From Octopus vulgaris (taxonomy: Eukaryota): 64,000 nucleotides of DNA. A program made the position numbers and the translations under genes. Location of the stretch: the NCBI GenBank assembly GCA_951406725.2, contig OX597824.1, positions 42,656,001 to 42,720,000 of the forward strand, read 5' to 3'. Shown here piece after piece: positions 55,325 through 64,000 of the stretch (position 1 is its first letter; each line of letters starts with the position of its first letter). The notes below the pieces were generated by a model, which was not told the origin of the DNA, did not search any database, and was given only the letters and a program-made list of their open reading frames with translations.

Positions 55325-55599
55325 ACTTCCAATCTAAAATATCAATATTTTAAAATATAAAAATAATAATTTTAAAATAATTAAAGTATTAATGAAAAAA
55401 TATAAATATATAATCTATATATAAATATAAATATAAATATATAATCTATATATAACCTATATATATATATATATAGGTTATATATAGGTTATATATAGGT
55501 TATATATAGATTATATATTTATATTTTTTCATTAATACTTTAATTATTTTAAAATTATTATTTTTATATTTTAAAATATTGATATTTTAGATTGGAAGT

Positions 55600-55642
55600 C
55601 CACCTGAAGATTGTCGATCAGGACAAGAAACAATTGTAGTGG
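55600..55642 (+). ncRNA. Type I hammerhead ribozyme (right arm)
   Basis: CCAC-CTGAAGA-TTGTC GATCAG GACAA-GAAA-CAATTG-TA-GTGG; intact core and palindromic ACAATTGT stem III. Confidence 0.9.
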
Positions 55643-55814
55643 CGGTTTTTTTTACTTTTTATTAAAATTTTATGTATTGATTAAGTCTTTCCTTGTTTGT
55701 TTTGCAAAATAGTGGTTTTGTCTCTAATAATATTATATAATATTTTACTATAAAATTGGATTTAATCCTAAATCTGATTTTTTTCCTGTAAATTTGGATT
55801 TATTCCCTAATATT

Positions 55815-55897
<83 letters not shown>

Positions 55898-58034
55898 TGT
55901 ATGTATATATATATATACATATATCGTATATATATATATATATATCGGTAGATAGATATAGACACACATACACACATATATGTATATATGTGTGTGTATG
56001 TATGTATGTGTGTGTGTGTGAATGTGTGTGTGTTGTGTAACAAACAGTGAAGGCTGACAGTGCTACGAGTCTTTTGATAAGCTACAGGTATGAAGTTTTC
56101 CAGTTGCCGATCGATAATCAATGGCCATGACTTCGTTCGTTACCTCGCTCGTCAAGCTGCACTTCCACAAAGCTCTCTAACTACGCTTGGGATTTTCAAA
56201 AAATACCATCAACCATTCCACCAAATGGAACCGCCTAATAAAATGTAAACCTAACACAAACGGTAGCATAAAATGAAGTTCTGAACTTCAGAAAGGTAGC
56301 TTATTCTGAAGAGCACTTGTTTAAATGCTAAAAGTGAAATTTTGAGTGGCTATACATACACCAACAAGTTCTTTAATAACACTTAATGAAAGATTTATAA
56401 ATTCCTTAGAATTATTAATTTTCATTATTTTCATTATCAATTTTTTTATATAGATTTATATGCCCATGCATGTATATGTATCTTTGTATGTATGGATGGA
56501 TGGATGAATGGACAGATGGATGGATGTATGCATGTATGTATGTACACACATGCATATATGCGTTTGTGTGATTATAATTATATACGTACATCATATATCT
56601 TCTACATATGTGGAAAATCGGTGTATACAAATAATTTTATGTCTTGCAATAATTTTTACTATAATTTTATATAATCTATATTTTATATAAGTTTTATGGA
56701 TTGTTATGCATCATGCATTTTTAGGCATCATTACACTATTTGACGAAGTTATTATTTTTATATGACAGTTTTATATCTTGCTATAATTTTATATTATTTA
56801 TCATCTATATAAGTTTTATGCATTTTTATATTATTACACAAAATTACCCGTCATATAACGGGTAACTTTGGAAGTAAGCTTTTGCTGCCATGAATAATAT
56901 CCTGAAATAGGACGCAAATACAATAATTATAAGTTTTACCAAATTTCTTGGTAATTAATTCTGATTTTCAAAAGAAAAATATTTACCTTATAACTTTTAG
57001 AAAAAGAATATTCAAAATGTAGGAAAAAATTAAAACAATTACTTTTCATGTTGATTACCTTAGGGAACATGACTTTTGTTGTCTGGTGTTAGAGGCATGT
57101 TTTCTAGTAACTTAAGCGAGTTGATATCTAAAATGAAATCCATTTTGCTTTATCGCGTCAATATTTTCAGAAACTCAAATATCCATTTTCCGATATTTCC
57201 AGGATTGTTACCATTTCTAAGAATAGATTTGACGTCATCAAATGCAGAACCGTGCATGAAACTAGACATTACATTGAAAATATAGTTATTAAAAGTGAAA
57301 ACAAAAGACATGGTTCAAGTATTTTCAGTAAATAAAAAGCAAAAATCTTGAGAAATTTTCACTATTTTCAATTAACTAATTTTAAATGTCAGTATGATGA
57401 CAGAAACGTCCTTTATACAATTGATGTTAATAAACAACACATTTCTGTGGTCCTTGACTTCATATATTTCCCACATTTCTGGAATTGTATTTGCCAGCAG
57501 ATATTCCTACGCTGTGCTTGGTTTAGTGTGGCAATCGTTGCAAACCAGGTGGGACACGTTTTGTTGAACCTCTAACTATTTCTTAAGGAAATTTTGAATG
57601 CGCCCTTAATGTTTTAATTGTGAAGTTACATGTGTCAAGGTTACATTTTATCAAGCATGGTCAAAGAACTGTAGAAATGATTTTATTGTATGTATGCTCT
57701 TTATGAACTTTGCCATCACAAATCTGCATTTGCTTACTCTATAATCGTTGAACATTTTGAGAATACTTTTCCCAAGTGACAACTGGCTTGAATATATATT
57801 TTGTTTTTCAGAAATACAATCAGTAAAGAGGTAAGTAAAAAAAAAAAATAGCCCTGATGTGTTCTACTATATTTGTGGATGTTACTCATTACCTAGGCTA
57901 CGAAACAAAATCACAGAAAATCTTGAGGTGATAAAAAATTTCTCAGAGCATTTCTGGACCATCAAATTAGGTTGGACTAAATATAAAAATATCCTCGAAA
58001 ATTTTCACACTCAAACACTCGTCTTCTCAACCTC

Positions 58035-58144
<110 letters not shown>

Positions 58145-58943
58145 TCTCTCTCTCTCTCTGTATCAAAGCTATTCATTTTCCCAAATCGCAATTATTCATT
58201 GGTATGAGTGCTTATCTCCAGTCGTCATTGCGTTCAGCTGATCACAGATAATTTCCTTCCTAGATAAATAGATTATGGTTCCTCTCTAAAGTTGGCTGAA
58301 ATTTACGACTGAAAGAATTGAATTCGACCACTCTAGTTCCTCAGTGATGCGGCTATTTACAGCGGCAAGTTATAATTTCCTAACTGTAGTCACCGAAAGC
58401 TGAATGTATTCCAGTGTTGAGTACTTTTAAGTGTTTTGTTGAAAATCAGTCAAAGACAAGATACAAGAGGTTGATATGTACTCGACCATCCGGGATGGAG
58501 AAGCGGAGACAGACAGCGAGTGGGAGAGAAAGAGAGAGGGGGAGACGCAGAGCGGGAGAAAGAGAGAGAGAAGGAAAAGTGACTGTCTCTGCAATTTTAA
58601 CGGAGTGAAGTTGAAGGCTGTGATTTTCAATCGAATTTCCTATCAGAAACCGAAAGTACAATGAAATTTCAGTTTGCTGGCCTCTTAGTACATGTCCTAT
58701 TAAAACACAATACACCTATATACATGTATATATGTGTCTGCGTGTGGGGGTGGGATGGAATCTGTGTGCACGAGTGTATTTTCGTACGTGGGGACACACA
58801 TGTTTGGTAATACAAGCAAGAGAAATAGTTATTCAATAGCATAGAAAGTCATGGATCTTGAGTTACTTTCGCGATTAAAATTGAAAAATATATATATTCA
58901 TGTATTTAGTTATGTTTATCCAGTTTTTTTTAACAAACCTATA

Positions 58944-59360
58944 GGCGCAGGAGTGGCTGTGTGGTAAGTAGCTTGCTAACCAACCACATGGCTCCGGGTT
59001 CAGTCCCACTGTGTGGCATCTTGGGCAAGTGTCTTCTGCTATAGCCCCAGGCCGACCAATGCCATGTGAGTGGATTTGGTAGACGGAAACTGAAAGAAGC
59101 CTGTCGTATATATGTATATATATATATGTGTGTGTGTATGTGTGTGTGTTTGTGTGTTTGTCCCCCTATCATTGCTTGACAACCGATGCTGGTGTGTTTA
59201 CGTCCCCGTCACTTAGCGGTTCGGCAAAAGAGACCGATAGAATAAGTACTGGGCTTACAAAGAATAAGTCCCGGGGTCGATTTGCTCGACTAAAGGCGGT
59301 GCTCCAGCATGGCCGCAGTCAAATGACTGAAACAAGTAAAAGATAAAAGATAAAGATAAA
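58944..59360 (+). mobile_element. SINE family A, full length, young
   Basis: Complete head, internal TA/TG tract and (AAAGAT)n tail; possible TSD AAACCTATA / AAATCTATA. Confidence 0.95.
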
Positions 59361-59379
59361 TCTATATATAGGTTTCTTT

Positions 59380-60075
59380 GAGAAGGGATATTTCCACTGC
59401 ATGGATTGTCACTTTTGTCTTTGGCTCAAAGTCATGAAACCAACACTAATCCGGCTTTGGAGACATTCAAGGAAATCAGCTGGATCTACCTCGAATAATA
59501 TCAGATTTTCCCGTGATATGATCAGCCTGGTGCTCTTTTGATGAGGTGTCAGAAGACGTGGAACCCACCGAGCAGAAACCGTCATCATGCCAAGTTTATT
59601 GTGCAGAATATTCTTAATTCTTTCACAGGATATGTTAATAGTATTTCTTGTGTAATTTATAGTCAATCACCTGTCATCCATCACAGCGATGTTTTCCTTG
59701 GTGGTGATAGTTGCACGATGTCCAGAGGTTAGGTAACTTCCAAATTCTCTTTTCCCTCCCTAAATTTAACTGCCCACTCTTGCACTGTTGAAAAAGCTGA
59801 AGCATCACCCACCAATATAGCAACTATGTCAGGATGAATGTTGTTGGGATCTAAACCCTTTTTCTGCAGGTACTTGATAACACTACGATGCCAAATTTTG
59901 TCGATTTTCAAGAGAAGTTGCTACATCTTTTTTTAAAGTCTTCTTTGAAGAGCCAGATGCCAGTTTATGTGGAAAGAAACAATGCAGTTATTAATAAGAA
60001 AAGTTGAAATTAATGCATGCAAGATTTCACAGCTCTGTCATTACTCTTTCATAACTTTTCAGCCCAATCTCCTAT
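59380..60075 (-). mobile_element. Mariner transposase 5' half, degenerate
   Basis: MKIDKIWHRSVIKYLQKKGL...STVQEWAVKF; VSARWVPRLLT; TIR remnant AACTTTTCAGC at ~60053. Confidence 0.88.
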
Positions 60076-61039
60076 AATAAATAGTTTATAGATAAGTAAC
60101 AAATGAGATTCTTTTTTTCCGTAATTCCTTCCGATATTTTGAACACAGACTACAAATAGAAAACGAGTATGGAAATGTGTTTATTAACATCATCACGCTA
60201 TCTGTCGCCTAATGTTTTCCGTTTGTTGCGCAATTTCTGGTGATTTGATGATGTAATCTGTCTATAAGTTATTTCCTTATATAACAGACATCGTTGTCAA
60301 TAAAATACATTTTAATGCATTTAATAAACGTAAAAATTTTTGTGCACACTTGTTGCATGTCTGTATAAGTGTGCGTGCGTGCGTGTGTCCGCATTGTCAC
60401 ATTCAAAAGAACTAATGCAGAAAGTCATACATCCCCTGCTAGCCTTTTCTTTTATGTGGGTACAGCCGATTTTAGGGTCATAGTGAAATAGGGGTAGAGA
60501 AGAGTTTCTGACATTAATGAATTTATCAACTACAACAAGAACTTAACTGTCTTAAATTCCCAATGGTTTTAGCTCTAAGGGGTCGTAGACTACATGCTGC
60601 ATTAGGTCTTTTAAATGTGATAAGGATAAAGATGATTGAGCTATATCACCATTCCTCTTTATTGATCCCTATTATTTCCTTTTGCCACTCTAAAATATAG
60701 TAGGCTTTAGGTATTTTTTTCCTAAATTCATTCTAGCTATAATAACAGCAAAATAAAGTAATGTATTTTAGTCTCGAGTGCTCATGAAAACTTCGCTAAA
60801 AAATTATAGTGGAATATCCTAAATGTTGGAAATCTATACCGTCGTACGCTTCCGAGGAGAGCGGTTTCTTTCAAATTGATATAATGTTTGCATTGAGTGA
60901 TTGAATGGAGCCGCTTGAAACGGCCGTAATCCGATGATGCTTGGACATCATTGTTACTTATTTGCTTTTTATTCACTTAACTTCGAGCTGTGCGGACAAT
61001 ACTGGATAGTTTTGGTTTGGTACCTCAGCTTAAGTACCT

Positions 61040-61332
61040 AATTCAACCGAATCTTAATTATATATGCATACACACACACACACACACATATATATGTATG
61101 TATGTATGTATGTATATATGTATGTATGTATATATATATATGTATACTTCATATGAGTATGTTCATATACGGATAGGGATGTATATACAGGTTGTATGTG
61201 TATATGTATGTATGTAAGCATGCATGTATGCAAGTATGTATGCGTGTATGAATGTATGCATATATATATACATGCATGCATACGTACATACATACATACA
61301 TATATACATATATATATACATGCATGCATACG

Positions 61333-61420
<88 letters not shown>

Positions 61421-61590
61421 TATCTTCATATGAGTATATTCATATACAAATATGGATGCATGTATGTATGTATGCATGTATGTATGTATATATGTATGCA
61501 AGTATGTATATATATATGTACATACATGGATGCATACATACATACATACATACACTATGTACATGAATGTGTGCATGTGTGTGTATGACT
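61040..61590. repeat. (TA)n/(TATG)n microsatellites
   Basis: Direct reading. Confidence 0.95.
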
Positions 61591-62069
61591 GAATATGTGT
61601 GCTTGGTCGCCATCTTGATTGGTTCTCTTATGATCCACCACCACCCCCAAACCGTTTTAAAGTAGAATTACCGTCGCCATCTTGTAACATTCGCTGCAAC
61701 AATAAATTATAGCTGAGACACCTTTGCACTACTAAATATATATAATTGTTTATGATACTGATTAGCATTTTCATTCACTCATTTCATCGTTTCTATCTGT
61801 CTGTCTGTCTGTCTTTATTTATTTTATTTAGTTTATTTATTTATTTATTTATTTATTTATGTAATCATTGGATTTCTATAATTTTTTTTTCTGTTTTTCG
61901 TTTATTCAAATATTGTATGAACGTGTGTAATAATATGTCCGTATGATGCATGCATGCACACACATACGCATGTATGTATACTAGTGTGTTTTTGTGTGCA
62001 CGTATAAAATGTACGTATAAGTGTTGATATTTATATATACATATACACGTATATACACACACATGTATA

Positions 62070-62111
<42 letters not shown>

Positions 62112-62163
62112 GCATACATGTGCATACATCATGTGTGTTTGCATATGCTTGTGCGTGTGAGGA

Positions 62164-62547
62164 GAGTGAGTGAGTTAGTTAGTTAGTTAGTGAGTGAGTG
62201 AGTTGAGTGAGTGGGTGGGTGAGTGAGTGAGTGAGTGAGTGAGTTGAGTGAGTGAGTGAGTGAGTGAGTGAGTTGAGTGAGTGAGTGAGTGAGTTAGTTA
62301 GTTAGTTAGTGAGTGAGTGAGTTGAGTGAGTGGGTGGGTGAGTGAGTGAGTGAGTGAGTGAGTGAGTGAGTGAATGAGTGAGTGAGTGAGTGAGTGAGTT
62401 GAGTGAGTGAGTGAGTGAGTGAGTGAGTGAGTGAGTGAGTGAGTTGAGTGGGTGGGTGAGTGAGTGAGTGAGTGAGTGAGTGAGTGAGTGAGTGAGTGAA
62501 GGAGTGAGTGAGTGAGTGAGTGAGTGAGTGAGTGAGTGAGTGAGTGT
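62164..62547. repeat. (TGAG)n tetranucleotide tract
   Basis: Direct reading. Confidence 0.97.
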
Positions 62548-63243
62548 GATTATTTTAATTTTTTGTTCGATCTGTTTCCGCAATCTTTTTTCTTTTTCGT
62601 TAGTTTTTCCCTATCTTTTCTCTTTTATTTTTATTTTTATATAAATGTTCACAATTTATATTGTCTTCCTCCTTCCTTTCTCTCGCTGTCTACTTTACTT
62701 ATTTCGTTCTCTCTCTCTCTTTCTCTCTCTCTCTCTTTGCTTTTTTTTTTTGTTTTTAACAAATGTGCTTTTTATATTTAACTTTTTTTTTGTGTATGTG
62801 TGTGTGTGTCTCGTTTTACCCCAACGAAGTTTCGAATCGGTAAATCGGTAAAAATAGAGCAATTACGTTTAGTTAGAGAATGGAATGTGAATAAGATGAA
62901 AAATGATAGAGAGAAAGAGATGGGGAAAAGGAAACAGAAACAGAATAAGAAAACGTTAGGGAAAGAGAAAAGGAATAGTAGCAATGGTAAAGTATATATA
63001 TATATATATATATATGACAGTGTGCTTGTGTGTATGTGTGTGTGTGTGTGTGAAATGGAAGGGAACAAGGAAGGCAAGAAAAGTAGCGGCGGGTTGAGGA
63101 AACGGATAATGTCATTATATTTTCTCTGAGCTTTAAATCTGCCTGAGGCCAGAGCAGAAGGATGAGAGTGGAGGAGATGGAGACTTACGTGGGAGGAGGC
63201 TTACGTCCTGTCTTCTATATGCGCGTGTGTGTATGCATTTATG

Positions 63244-63299
<56 letters not shown>

Positions 63300-63546
63300 T
63301 ATATATATATATATATACACACACAGAGACATATATATACATACTCTTATACGCATACATAGTCTGAGTTTTACATGTGTGTTTTCAAGTGTTTTGGTGT
63401 GTCAACTCTTGTAATATTTCTTTCGTTTTCTTTTTAATTTCTGTCCGTTTATTTGGTTTTGTTTTATAACTATTATTATCAGTCGTAATATTATATATAT
63501 ATATTTTTTTTATTTATTCATTTTTATTTATTTTTATTTATTTATT

Positions 63547-63577
<31 letters not shown>

Positions 63578-63784
63578 TTTGTCTTACTTCACAGTCTCTT
63601 TACATACGGCAAATACACCTTCACCACCCTCTGTACTGCCCCATCGAGTTTTCATCCTGCCCACCACTTCCTCCCTCCTTTTCCGCCTTCTCTCCTACTC
63701 TCTTATTCTCTTTCTCTTCTTTCTGTTTCTCTTTTTCTCTTCAACTCACCGCATCCCAATGACAACCCACAACAACAGCAATAA

Positions 63785-63815
<31 letters not shown>

Positions 63816-63890
63816 GACAGAAGTTGTAGTTGCAATTGCAGCTGATGCTGATACAAGTTAAAAATTTCTGTCCTATCAATCATTAAAGAC

Positions 63891-64000
63891 ATGTCTTTTA
63901 CAATGGGAAACTTTTGGCGGCAAGTAGGAATCTCCAGTTCCTCGGGGCGCACGTGTGGCGGTAGTGGAGGTGGTGGTAGTGGTGGCGGTGGCGGTGGTGG
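63891..64000 (+). CDS. Possible start of a host coding exon (MSFTMGNFWRQVGISSSSGRTCGGSGGGG...), open to the window end
   Basis: Two in-frame ATGs, non-repetitive codons, and an upstream acceptor-like TTGTCTTACTTCACAG at 63579-63594. No homology recognised. Confidence 0.2.
   Translation, partial: MSFTMGNFWRQVGISSSSGRTCGGSGGGGSGGGGGG

Larger units (their letters stand above)
55185..55818. mobile_element. Penelope-type insertion forming an apparently perfect 239-bp inverted repeat
   Basis: 55185-55423 is the reverse complement of 55501-55739; the right arm extends to ~55818; embedded in (TA)n. Confidence 0.88.

Noticed and set aside
62164-62547. Telomeric repeat
   Set aside because: The unit is TGAG/TTAG, not TTAGGG.

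Overview
This window is eukaryotic, AT-rich and dense in microsatellites. It is almost certainly an intronic or intergenic stretch of a coleoid cephalopod (Octopus-like) genome; that assignment is inferred from the SINE families and the repeat landscape. No intact host gene is recognisable, and most listed ORFs are translations of simple repeats. The window is a nested transposon graveyard: tRNA-derived SINEs of several families, a pile of (TAA)n-targeting R4/Dong-type RLE LINEs, Tx1/L1, HERO and CR1-like relics, Penelope (GIY-YIG) relics, Tc1/mariner and hAT elements, and two Helitrons, one of which splits a mariner. The most notable signal read directly from the sequence is about a dozen type-I hammerhead ribozyme motifs. 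Five look intact; the rest are degenerate or carry a variant YUGUNGA-A core. They occur in at least five unrelated short non-coding elements, most of them inserted in (TA)n tracts: a 497-nt partial-tandem retrozyme-like unit, two palindromic double-hammerhead insertions, 142-nt tandem monomers, and a tRNA-headed SINE carrying a hammerhead. Other points of interest are a SINE sharing its 3' tail with a Tx1 LINE, a minisatellite born at a LINE 5' truncation junction, and a ~560-bp (AAT)n-tailed non-coding element that appears to parasitise Dong LINEs. All coordinates and pairings were read by eye.
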